DNA of 64,000 nucleotides, taken from positions 18,039 through 82,038 of IMG/VR virus record IMGVR_UViG_3300010344_000600; one strand, written 5' to 3'. Within the stretch, counting starts at the first letter, position 1, and every line of letters starts with the position of its first letter. This document shows positions 28,388 through 36,944 of the stretch, piece by piece. Source of the DNA: a virus (Duplodnaviria; Caudoviricetes). A program made the position numbers and the translations under genes. Under the pieces are notes generated by a model. That model saw only the letters and a program-made list of their open reading frames with translations. It ran no database searches and had not been told where the DNA came from.

Positions 28388-30205
28388 TTAAGCCGCCTGC
28401 TGTTGCTGAACGGTGTCGTACAGAACTCCGTTTTCCAGCCAGTGCAGCGACCACGTATCCGGGAATCCCTGCGGAAGTTCTTTCAGCGTGGCGCAGATGA
28501 GCACCGTATCGAGCATGCCGTCCGCGACCAGCGTATCGATCCACTCCATGAAGGTGCCGCGGTTGGACAGGCTGAGTACGTCCATGCGGTCGATGATGAG
28601 TATCTTGGTGCCGGACAAATGACTGATGGCTTCTGCAATGGCGGCGTCGGCTTTCCAGCGGGCGGTCTCGCTGCCGAGGGCATAGTCTCTGCCGTCCATC
28701 CAGATTCCCATGTCGTCGGTAATGGAGGTTTGCTTCCAGCCGGTGGCCATCGCTGTTTCGCGCAGCCGACCGTTGAACGGGCGCAGGGCATCCCGCAATA
28801 GTTCACAAGGGATTCCGTCCGGGGCCAGATCGTCGGCCAATGCTTCCCACGTCTTGACGTCAGCGTGATGACCGCGGGCCTTCTCGATATGCGCTTCACG
28901 ACTGGCAACACCGCGTTCAAGCATTTCCAGGCGGGCGACATCCTTGCGCACCATCTCCTGACTGGCGCGCGCGATCGCCAGATCCGCTTCGGGCGAGGTC
29001 GGTACCGGCGTTTCTTCGGTAGTTGTCAGTTCCGCCAGTTCCTTGGCCGCCAGCTCAGCCGCCGTCAGATAGCGCTGATCGTTGGCGACAGAGTTTTTCA
29101 TCAGGGTATAAGCGGCCTCCCGGTCAGCGACCTTGGATGCGAGTTCGCGGGTCTCGGCATCGGGCTCGACGCTGGCGCCGTAATGCTTCTGATACTCGTC
29201 CAGCGCATTCTGGATGCTGACGATCAGGGCTCCGTCCCAGGGAATGAACTCACCGCTCAAGGTGCTGACCAGTTGTGTCGTGCTGACGGTGGCCATGACC
29301 TGTCGCGCAATCGCAACGAAGGCCATCAGGTCAGCGGGCGCCGATTTCTTCGGCAGCAAGCCGGCTGCAACGCGCGATTCTTCGAGTTTGAGCGCGGCCT
29401 CTGAGAGCCCTGCTTCATCGGTCGCCAGTTTGTTGACCATCCGGGCATGATGCGAGGCGGTTTCGCGCAGCCCGGCAATACGCCGCTCCCGGGCCGCTGC
29501 CTGTTCCTTATGGACCCGGTACGCGCCTTGCGCTTGCGTCAGGGTGGAGACCGTCAGGTCGACGCCGGCCAGGGTCTCGCGGGCGGTGTCCAGAGCCGCC
29601 GCGTCAAACGCCACTTCAGCCGGCGCCCAGCTTTCCGCCTTGACCTCGCCGTAGACTTCGTTGGTAATGGCTTTCCAGGCGGCGCGCGCTTCGGACGCCT
29701 TGCCCTTGGCGGTTTTATGGGCGGCCGGCGCACCGGAGGGTAACTCGCAAGCGACGACCTTATCCAGCGCATGCCCTTTTTCCAGAAGGCGGCGGGAAAG
29801 TTCTTCGGCTCCGATCTTGGCGTCGAGCAACCCGAACAGGAAGGTGCGCCGGGCGTCGGGCGTCAGGCTGGAAAAGCGGCCTGCCTGCAGCACGTACTCG
29901 ATCGCGGCAGGCATTGCTCCTTCGCTCAAGTGCGAACCGGAGGGGAGATTGACGCGCGCCCTGCCGTCTTCCCACTCGACGGATACTTGCCCCTTCTTGG
30001 CGCCGTCAAGGACCAGTTGGCCGTAATCCTTTTTTGCGCCGACGCGCGTTGCACGTCCGGTGAAAGCCAGGATCAGGGCGTCGACAAGCGAGGTCTTGCC
30101 CTGCTCGTTGTCGGCCGCGATCAGGGTAATCGGACGGGAGCCGAGGTTCAGGTTGATGTCCCGCAGTATCTGGAAGTTGTTGGCCGTGAGATTGTGCAGT
30201 TTCAT
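28388..30205 (-). CDS. SMC/Rad50-like ABC ATPase
   Basis: Walker A-like ADNEQGKTS, central coiled coil, signature-like LGSE, Walker B ILIIDRMD. Confidence 0.85.
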   Translation of the reverse strand: MKLHNLTANNFQILRDINLNLGSRPITLIAADNEQGKTSLVDALILAFTGRATRVGAKKDYGQLVLDGAKKGQVSVEWEDGRARVNLPSGSHLSEGAMPAAIEYVLQAGRFSSLTPDARRTFLFGLLDAKIGAEELSRRLLEKGHALDKVVACELPSGAPAAHKTAKGKASEARAAWKAITNEVYGEVKAESWAPAEVAFDAAALDTARETLAGVDLTVSTLTQAQGAYRVHKEQAAARERRIAGLRETASHHARMVNKLATDEAGLSEAALKLEESRVAAGLLPKKSAPADLMAFVAIARQVMATVSTTQLVSTLSGEFIPWDGALIVSIQNALDEYQKHYGASVEPDAETRELASKVADREAAYTLMKNSVANDQRYLTAAELAAKELAELTTTEETPVPTSPEADLAIARASQEMVRKDVARLEMLERGVASREAHIEKARGHHADVKTWEALADDLAPDGIPCELLRDALRPFNGRLRETAMATGWKQTSITDDMGIWMDGRDYALGSETARWKADAAIAEAISHLSGTKILIIDRMDVLSLSNRGTFMEWIDTLVADGMLDTVLICATLKELPQGFPDTWSLHWLENGVLYDTVQQQQAA

Positions 30206-30210
30206 GAGGC

Positions 30211-31416
30211 TTACTCCACGTTGCGGAAACGGCCACCGGATTGCGTGGCGGCCGGCTTGCTGCGGACCTTGATGGCGCGTTCAACGGCGTCGATGGCTTC
30301 GCCGCCGAGGCGATTGGCGATGTCCTGGGCCATTTCGTAGTCGTCGCGCGTGACGTAGGCCAGGGCATCCTCCAGCGTCGGGCCGTCGTCGAGCGGCATT
30401 GCGGCGCTATCAGGGGTTTCTTGGGTAGCTTGCCTAGCTTGCGCAGCCGGTTTTTTTTCCTGCCGGTCGACGTGGATGGTTTCAGCCTTTGGAATGGACT
30501 GCTGAACGATTTCCGGCGTCATGTGCTCAAGCGCGGGCGGCTCTGCCCCGTCATCAACCACTGAGCGCACCACGTCGACGTCGTTCATGGCGCGCAGGTC
30601 GATCGTTGCGCCTTCGCTGCGGTCGTCAAGCTGTGCGGCGGCGCTCATCGAATCACCATCCGTCAGCGGCAATTGCTTGGCATGCTTCTTGATCGCTGAC
30701 TTGGCAGCCATGTCGTCCTGCCACATGACCCACGGCGTTTCGTCGTACTTCTTTTGCGCCGAAGCCTTGTCCTTGGCAGTTTCCGCGCTTTCCAGATTGC
30801 GCGTCAGGGCGTTGAAGGTCTCTGAGCGGGCGCGGATCTTGTAGATTTCATCAAGCGGCAGGACGGTCGCCAGTTCGATACCGGAAGACAGGCGCGTATG
30901 ACAGAAGGCGCCGATCAACTCGCCGCGATCCTTCAGCGCCTTGCGATAGCGCAGGAAGGATTCAGACCCCATCATGTGATCGAACAGATCGCCCTCATGA
31001 ATGGCTTGCGCCTGGATGCTGTCGATGTGCGGCGATCGGTGCGCCAGGGTGACGAACCCGCGATAGCCGACCTGGAACTGACAGTCGTAAGCATCAATCC
31101 ACTTTCCGCCGACATTGACGCGCTTTTTGTAGGGGATAAGGAAGGCTTGTTGCTGCACGGTATTGGGTTCCAGCCCGAGCGCCGCTGATGCCATGAAGGC
31201 GCCGAGCACGGACTCCGGGTCGCACTGGGCCAGCAGCGGGGTTTTCTTGATCGAGTTAATGGCCAGGCGCAGGAAGCGCTCGGGCGTGAAAAACTTGGCG
31301 GCAACAGCGCCGATCGCCTTGGCGAAGCGGGGGTTGTCCAACTTGTGGAAGATGGTCGGCACGCTGGAGTTTTCCGCGCGGACTTGTTGCAGTTCATTGA
31401 TAGAGGCGGTTGCCAT
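30211..31416 (-). CDS. recT: RecT family single-strand annealing protein
   Basis: SAALGLEPN..QAFLIPY...CQFQVGYRGFVTLAHRS, MAAKSAIK. Confidence 0.92.
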   Translation of the reverse strand: MATASINELQQVRAENSSVPTIFHKLDNPRFAKAIGAVAAKFFTPERFLRLAINSIKKTPLLAQCDPESVLGAFMASAALGLEPNTVQQQAFLIPYKKRVNVGGKWIDAYDCQFQVGYRGFVTLAHRSPHIDSIQAQAIHEGDLFDHMMGSESFLRYRKALKDRGELIGAFCHTRLSSGIELATVLPLDEIYKIRARSETFNALTRNLESAETAKDKASAQKKYDETPWVMWQDDMAAKSAIKKHAKQLPLTDGDSMSAAAQLDDRSEGATIDLRAMNDVDVVRSVVDDGAEPPALEHMTPEIVQQSIPKAETIHVDRQEKKPAAQARQATQETPDSAAMPLDDGPTLEDALAYVTRDDYEMAQDIANRLGGEAIDAVERAIKVRSKPAATQSGGRFRNVE

Positions 31417-31448
31417 GTGATATCTCCTATGGGGGAAAAGTAATCCGG

Positions 31449-32363
31449 TTACTCGTAACCGCGCGTCAGGTAGCCGGGGAGAGAGACAACTTCAATGCCG
31501 TCGCTGTACCCCGGCCACAGGTTGGTGCGCCGGCAGCGGGCGTATACGTCGAGCAGATCTCGGTATTGGTCGCGGCCAATGGTGATCCCCGTCGGGTCGA
31601 GCATGCTGGCGCAGGCGGCATATGGGTATGCGGTTTCGACGGCGACAAATACAAATCCGTGCACCGTCTTCTCCGAGGCAATCTCGTAGCCGTCGCTGTA
31701 GAACGAGGACTGAATGTGATACCCCTTGCGACCGATCTGGCGCGCAAATTCTTCTGGGCTGGCGTCGGAGTATGTCTTGACGTCGAGAATAATCACGCCG
31801 GTTTCCGTCGTCGGGTTTTCCCAGTCAGGCCGGCAGCGGCACAGTTCGCCGGTCACCGGGTCGTTCCAGAACGCCGAGACTTCTGGCCGCCCTTTGTCGA
31901 GCAGCGCCCGGATGTCGGGCAGGGCGCGCATGGAGTCGGCTTGACGCATGGCGGTTTCGTACTGATCTGCAGTGATCACCCGCTTGTTTCCGTTCTCCCT
32001 TGCGAATTTATCCCAGTATTCGATTGAAATCAAAGTTTCTGCGCTCGGCTTCTTTGCTTCGCGTTGCGCTGATGACGGACGGCGCGGAGCGTCATCAGGA
32101 GTGACGACGTATCTCTTATTGAACTGATCTGGCTCCAGAACGGCGCAATGGGCGAGAGAACCTTCGAGTTGTCCGGCTCGCTCCTTGGGCGCTGGCCGGT
32201 TCGGAGCGAGGTACTTGGCGTAGTAGTGCGCTGGTGATCGGGCGATTTCGGACAAGCCGGACTTGGACACGCCCGGGCCTTGGTGATATGCGTTAATGTC
32301 CAGATCGACAATCAACCCTTGCGGAACGATGGCGCTCTGCGGGAATTGGATAACAGCACTCAT
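31449..32363 (-). CDS. RecE/exonuclease VIII-like PD-(D/E)XK nuclease
   Basis: YH..PGVSKSGL, GSLAHCAVLEP, CRCRPDW, ILDVKT, YHIQSSFYSDG. Confidence 0.9.
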   Translation of the reverse strand: MSAVIQFPQSAIVPQGLIVDLDINAYHQGPGVSKSGLSEIARSPAHYYAKYLAPNRPAPKERAGQLEGSLAHCAVLEPDQFNKRYVVTPDDAPRRPSSAQREAKKPSAETLISIEYWDKFARENGNKRVITADQYETAMRQADSMRALPDIRALLDKGRPEVSAFWNDPVTGELCRCRPDWENPTTETGVIILDVKTYSDASPEEFARQIGRKGYHIQSSFYSDGYEIASEKTVHGFVFVAVETAYPYAACASMLDPTGITIGRDQYRDLLDVYARCRRTNLWPGYSDGIEVVSLPGYLTRGYE

Positions 32364-32563
32364 GATGTACTCCTTGGTAAAACAATCGGCAGGCCCAGCC
32401 AGTGCGGGCCAAGGTGTTCAACAGACGCCATCCACTTGATGCGATGGCGCTTGACATCTTCCCGGTTGGAAAACTCGGTTCTCGGGAAAGCCTTGACCGC
32501 TTTACGGGCCAGGCTGATGCGGCTTTGATTCGCGGTTGCTGCGGTGGATTCAGCAAGTTTCAT
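32360..32563 (-). CDS. Small phage hypothetical protein, 67 aa
   Basis: ATG 32563 with RBS GGGAAG; overlaps its neighbours. Confidence 0.6.
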   Translation of the reverse strand: MKLAESTAATANQSRISLARKAVKAFPRTEFSNREDVKRHRIKWMASVEHLGPHWLGLPIVLPRSTS

Positions 32564-32847
32564 TTCTTCCCTTTCTTCTTCTTGAGAGCGCTCAACTGTT
32601 TCTGGCGGATCGTCTGAAGCTCGGCACAATGAATGCACCGAGATCCAATGTGGCCATCGCGGCAACGGTGCATTCCAGAAGCCTGAAAATCGTGGCCACA
32701 GCACGCGCAGTGATGCTCTATCCCTTCGTCCGTCTCGTCGTGCCCATCCTTGATCAAATGGACTCGGCCAGCGCCCGGTGGAATGGGGTGTGGATCGGAG
32801 ATACGCAGTCCCATCAACTCCACGATCACGAAGGAAACTCCATGCAC
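32560..32847 (-). CDS. Hypothetical Cys/His-rich protein
   Basis: Operon position; CACCGH and CIHC motifs. Confidence 0.45.
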   Translation of the reverse strand: MHGVSFVIVELMGLRISDPHPIPPGAGRVHLIKDGHDETDEGIEHHCACCGHDFQASGMHRCRDGHIGSRCIHCAELQTIRQKQLSALKKKKGKK

Positions 32848-33005
32848 ACCGACGACCGGTCGACTTGTTCATAAGCGTCCAGAGTGGATTCTTTCCTGGC
32901 CCTTTCTTTATTCAAACGTTTTTCTTCCTGGCGATGCTTTTCAGCAACTTCCATCGCTCTCGCATACGCCTTGATCGAACTTCCAAGTTGGTCGAAGGTG
33001 AGCAT
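32826..33005 (-). CDS. Hypothetical protein, first gene of the leftward operon
   Basis: ATG 33005 after AAAGGGGAAAAG, downstream of the pL-like promoter. Confidence 0.45.
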   Translation of the reverse strand: MLTFDQLGSSIKAYARAMEVAEKHRQEEKRLNKERARKESTLDAYEQVDRSSVCMEFPS

Positions 33006-33101
33006 TTCTTTTCCCCTTTGAAAGCGCTCCACGCTTGAACAAGGTTGGGAGCATTACCCTTTTCATCCTGACGGGAGAGTATCGCCGCCCGTTTGATTAG
33101 T

Positions 33102-33130
33102 ATCCTACGCAGCATTGTGGAGTGCGTCAA
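33102..33130 (-). promoter_or_regulatory. Sigma70 promoter for the leftward early operon (pL-like)
   Basis: TTGACG-17 nt-TAGGAT on the minus strand. Confidence 0.65.
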
Positions 33131-33133
33131 GTA

Positions 33134-33161
33134 CATAATCAAAATAAATTTATGGATTATG
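33134..33161. promoter_or_regulatory. Inverted repeat adjacent to the pL-like -35 (putative operator)
   Basis: CATAATC-N14-GATTATG with internal ATAAATTTAT. Confidence 0.45.
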
Positions 33162-33486
33162 CCGCCAGAAATAGGTAATATTTACGTCCTGCTTTGCGCG
33201 AATGTGTATGGCAAACTTGCCGGCAAGAAACAGCAAGGCGATGGCCAGGCAGAGGGGAGGGGTTTTTGTTTCAGCGAACAAATGGAGCTACGCTGCACAT
33301 CCGTTGTTCTGGCAACGGAAGGTTTTGATCTGATGTATGACTAAAGGCGCAGTGAAATAAGTCACACGCACAACCCGGCAAGCCGGTATAGTTAGTTCGA
33401 CCGCGACACTAATTAGCTGAAAAAGTTCTTCAGTGTCGATATATAAAAATGGTCAGGGGGGGTAATGGAACCGTGTCGAAATAATG

Positions 33487-33762
33487 TCAGTTGCTGGGCT
33501 CTGGTGTCGTCGTTTGGGCGCGAGGATCCTGCCGGCACGCCGCCGACAGATCATCACTCAACAGCCTCAGTCCTCCCAGCGTGTGAGCTGCGTATCGTCC
33601 CGCCGAACCGGCAATATCACGCAGATGGCCTTGATGGTCCCGCGTTAAACATACACAGGCTATACCATCGATAGCGCCAGCCTCTGCGTCTTGCAGCAGG
33701 GCCTGCAGGAGATTGATCGTTTCCTGGATGTCGGAGTTTAGGCGGTTCTTCGAGGTCATCAT
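33487..33762 (-). CDS. Hypothetical protein co-transcribed with the repressor
   Basis: ATGA overlap with the repressor's stop. Confidence 0.65.
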   Translation of the reverse strand: MMTSKNRLNSDIQETINLLQALLQDAEAGAIDGIACVCLTRDHQGHLRDIAGSAGRYAAHTLGGLRLLSDDLSAACRQDPRAQTTTPEPSN

Positions 33763-34190
33763 TTCTCTCCAATGGCGATCGGCTGATAAGCCAGGCGCAG
33801 GCGATGAACGGTAGCGAGTTGCGGGGTTGGTGGATAGCGCTTGATGCGCGTAACCTCGGCGGGCGCTTCGATCACAGCAGCTGTTTCCTTGATTTCCGGC
33901 TTTCCGGCCATGCGCAGAAAAACATTTCGTTCTGCGATTCCCAGGGTCGACCACAGTTGCAGGACCAATCTCTCGTCTGCCGACAGAAATAAATCGTGCT
34001 CCGGCACGTCGAGCGCCAGGGCAATCGCCTTCAAAGCGGGCTCGCTCCAGCGAATTCTCCCGCGTTCCAGTTTGGAAAGATTACCCGCGTCGTAGCCGGA
34101 GGCCAAAGCGACCTGTTGCAAGGTCATCCCTTTGGATTCGCGGATCTCGCGCAAGTTGCGCCCTAAATTTTCCATCGTTTTTACCTCCAT
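33759..34190 (-). CDS. CI-like XRE repressor without an S24 peptidase domain
   Basis: LREIRESKGMTLQQVALASGYDAGNLSKLERG; divergent from the cro-like gene. Confidence 0.88.
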   Translation of the reverse strand: MEVKTMENLGRNLREIRESKGMTLQQVALASGYDAGNLSKLERGRIRWSEPALKAIALALDVPEHDLFLSADERLVLQLWSTLGIAERNVFLRMAGKPEIKETAAVIEAPAEVTRIKRYPPTPQLATVHRLRLAYQPIAIGEK

Positions 34191-34220
34191 GGCATTGATG
34201 GGCGAATCATCTTACTTTTT

Positions 34221-34280
34221 TGTTTTCAATGCAAATTAACAAAAACTTGCATGTTTGACTTACAATGTGTATTCAGTGCA
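34221..34280. promoter_or_regulatory. Repeated sites in the CI/Cro intergenic region
   Basis: TGTTTTCAATGCA (34221-33) and TGTATTCAGTGCA (34268-80), 11/13 identical. Confidence 0.4.
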
Positions 34281-34307
34281 CGTTGATACTATAGGAGTGG
34301 TTACTCA

Positions 34308-34565
34308 ATGGGTAAAGGAAAAAGAGCGATGCAGCCGCGCAGCAAGCTACGCATGGCGCGCGAGGCGCGTGGCCTGACGCTGGTGCAGGTCGCCGAGATC
34401 GTCGGTTACGACGCGGGAAATCTGTCGAAGTTGGAGCGTTTTGAAATCCGCTCGATTGATATAGCCCTGAAACTGGTTGATTTTTTCGGCAAGAAAATCA
34501 TCTCGATGGAAGATATTTTGCGGGCACCGAAGGATTGGCCAGTGTCTGAATCTGCGGAAATTTGA
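34308..34565 (+). CDS. Cro-like XRE HTH protein
   Basis: LRMAREARGLTLVQVAEIVGYDAGNLSKLERF; RBS AGGAG. Confidence 0.85.
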   Translation: MGKGKRAMQPRSKLRMAREARGLTLVQVAEIVGYDAGNLSKLERFEIRSIDIALKLVDFFGKKIISMEDILRAPKDWPVSESAEI

Positions 34566-34566
34566 C

Positions 34567-35115
34567 ATGGATCGCACTCCGGTGTCAAAGAAAAAACGCT
34601 TCGACGTATTCAAGCGAGATTCTTTCACTTGCCAATATTGCGGAGCAACTCCACCCAGTGTCGTTCTTGAAGTCGACCATATAAACCCTGTGTCACTCGG
34701 GGGGAAAAACTCCATCGACAACCTGATTACAGCTTGTTTTAGCTGTAATAGAGGAAAGTCGGCCGGCCTTTTGTCGGACATACCGCAAACCCTGAAGGAT
34801 CGCGCAGAAGAAGTTAAAGAGCGCGAGTCACAGATCAAGGGATACAACGCGGTTCTAACAGAAAGAGCGACCCGCCTAACCAATGAAGCATGGGTTGTTG
34901 CTGCGGCTATTGAGGGAGAAGATTGGTTTGACGAGTTCAGCAAGGATGATTTGCAAAGCATAAAAAAATTCCTTGAAAAGCTTCCTGCTCAAGAAGTTAT
35001 CGAAGCCGCAGAGAGCGCCAACAGAAAGGTATTTGGCAATGTAGAAAGGCGGTTTCGTTATTTCTGCGGAATTTGCTGGAGCAAGATAATGGAGGCGGGA
35101 AATGGCTCGCGCTAG
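34567..35115 (+). CDS. HNH endonuclease
   Basis: RFDVFKRDSFTCQYCG..LEVDHINPVSLGGKNSIDNLITACFSCNRGK; start ATG 34567. Confidence 0.9.
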   Translation: MDRTPVSKKKRFDVFKRDSFTCQYCGATPPSVVLEVDHINPVSLGGKNSIDNLITACFSCNRGKSAGLLSDIPQTLKDRAEEVKERESQIKGYNAVLTERATRLTNEAWVVAAAIEGEDWFDEFSKDDLQSIKKFLEKLPAQEVIEAAESANRKVFGNVERRFRYFCGICWSKIMEAGNGSR

Positions 35116-36265
35116 AAATATCAAGCCAAGCTTTTTCATGAACGAAATTCTTGGAGAGGCAGACCCCGTAATAGGGCTTTTGTTTATCGGGTTGTGGTGC
35201 CTAGCAGATAGGGAAGGCCGGCTAGAAGATCGCCCAAGGAAGATAAAGGCAGAGCTACTTCCTTATCGTGATGGTTTGAACGTTGACGAGATGCTCTCAT
35301 TTCTTGCTCATCATGAGCTCATCATGAGGTACGAAATAGAAGGAATTAAGTACATTCAGATCAGCAAATTCTCAAAACATCAAACACCGCACCATCTGGA
35401 AGTTCCGAGTGTCATCCCGCCCCCAGAAGGCGAGGAAAACAAACTGAATCACACGCCAATCGGTGTTCCGCAGCGCAGAAGAATTTATGAACGCGACGGA
35501 TATAAATGTGTTCTTTGCGGGGCTGTTGACAACCTGTCTATAGACCACATAAAGCCCGTGTCTAAAGGCGGTGACAGCAGTGATGAGAACTTGAGAACGT
35601 TATGCAAACCATGTAATTCAAGCAAAGGAAACAGGGAAAAAGCAAGTAAAAAACATGAGCACAAGATGAGATCATCTAAAGCTCATGATGGCCAGAGCGG
35701 TTCTTATCCCACTGATTCCGGATACCTGATACCTGATTCACTGATACCTGATTCACTGATTCCGAGGTTTACCCCTACGCCGGAGCTTTCGACTCCAGAG
35801 ACAAAACCCCTACCGGCCGGCTCGCCGTCCGGACTGGAAAACCTGCCTGCGGTGATCGAACCACCCCCGCCTCCAGCCACTCTCCCCGAAGATACCGAGT
35901 TGCAAGCCGCCTGCAAGCGAACCTGGGCGGCCTACTCCCAAGCCTATACCAAACGCCACGGCGCAGAGCCCCTCAAGAACGCGACAGTGCGCAGCCAGAT
36001 CAAGCAGTTCGTGCAACGAGTCGGGCAAGCAGAGGCGCCGATGATTGCCGCCTTCTACGTCGGCCACAACTCGCGCAACTATGTCGCCAAGAAACACGCG
36101 GTTGGCCTGTTGTTGGCTAATGCCGAGACGCTGCACACCGAATGGGTGACCAACAACCCCGGCACGCAGGCACAGGCGACACAAGCCGACCGCACGCAAG
36201 CGAACTTCAACGCCGCCGAAGAGGCAAAACTGATTCTGGGAAGGATGCTCAGCAATGAGCCATAA
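35102..36265 (+). CDS. Phage replication initiator (O-like) with an in-frame HNH domain
   Basis: MARARNIKPSFF..LFIGLWCLADREGRLEDRP N-terminus; HNH CVLCG..IDHIKPVSKGG..NLRTLCKPCNSSKG; LIPDS repeats. Confidence 0.88.
   Translation: MARARNIKPSFFMNEILGEADPVIGLLFIGLWCLADREGRLEDRPRKIKAELLPYRDGLNVDEMLSFLAHHELIMRYEIEGIKYIQISKFSKHQTPHHLEVPSVIPPPEGEENKLNHTPIGVPQRRRIYERDGYKCVLCGAVDNLSIDHIKPVSKGGDSSDENLRTLCKPCNSSKGNREKASKKHEHKMRSSKAHDGQSGSYPTDSGYLIPDSLIPDSLIPRFTPTPELSTPETKPLPAGSPSGLENLPAVIEPPPPPATLPEDTELQAACKRTWAAYSQAYTKRHGAEPLKNATVRSQIKQFVQRVGQAEAPMIAAFYVGHNSRNYVAKKHAVGLLLANAETLHTEWVTNNPGTQAQATQADRTQANFNAAEEAKLILGRMLSNEP
35711..35763 (+). repeat. Tandem CTGAT(A/T)C repeats inside the O-like gene (candidate lytic origin)
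   Basis: actgattccggatacctgatacctgattcactgatacctgattcactgattcc. Confidence 0.55.
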
Positions 36266-36944
36266 GTCGCCCTCTGCGCAGGACGAGGTGATCGCGGCAA
36301 TTGCCGTCGCTGCGGAGTTGACGCAAACGACCATGAGCGCGGTGGCCATGGCGGTGCTGGCGCGCGACCTGATCCGCTTCTATCCGGTGTCGCGCATCCT
36401 GGCGGCGCTCGATCGCTGCCGGCGCGAACTGAAGTATCCGATGCGTCAGTCCGATGTCGAGCAGTTCATCCATACCGACGACGGACGGCCAGGGCCTGAC
36501 GAAGCATGGGGTATCGTGACGGCTGCCTTTGACGAAGCGGTAACGGTGGTGACCAACGGCGAGATACAGGAGGCCATGGCCACCGCGAAGCCGGTCATGG
36601 ACGGCGGCGACAAGATCGGCGCGCGGCGCACGTTCATCGAAACCTATTCGCGGATCATCAAGCACGCCCGCGATAACCGCTTTCAGCCGCCCAAGTGGTT
36701 TGTTTCGCTAGGGGATGACAAGTCGGGCCGTGCTGAACCGGTGCGCAAGGCGGTAGAGCAAGGGCTGTTGAGCCGGGAGCAGGCGGCGGTCTACCTGCCG
36801 TCGCCAGTGATCGACGAGGATGCGCGGTGCGGCGCGGCGATCGCTGGATTGCTGACGGGAAAGGTCGTTGAGTTTCCCAAGGACCCGGCGATCCGTGCGC
36901 GGCTGGCCAAGATGGCGGATGTGCTGAAGGCGGGGAAGCGATGA
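36255..36944 (+). CDS. Replication P-like/helicase-loader-type protein (DUF6475-like)
   Basis: RILAALDRCRREL..., GRPGPDEAW; follows the O-like gene. Confidence 0.7.
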   Translation: MSHKSPSAQDEVIAAIAVAAELTQTTMSAVAMAVLARDLIRFYPVSRILAALDRCRRELKYPMRQSDVEQFIHTDDGRPGPDEAWGIVTAAFDEAVTVVTNGEIQEAMATAKPVMDGGDKIGARRTFIETYSRIIKHARDNRFQPPKWFVSLGDDKSGRAEPVRKAVEQGLLSREQAAVYLPSPVIDEDARCGAAIAGLLTGKVVEFPKDPAIRARLAKMADVLKAGKR

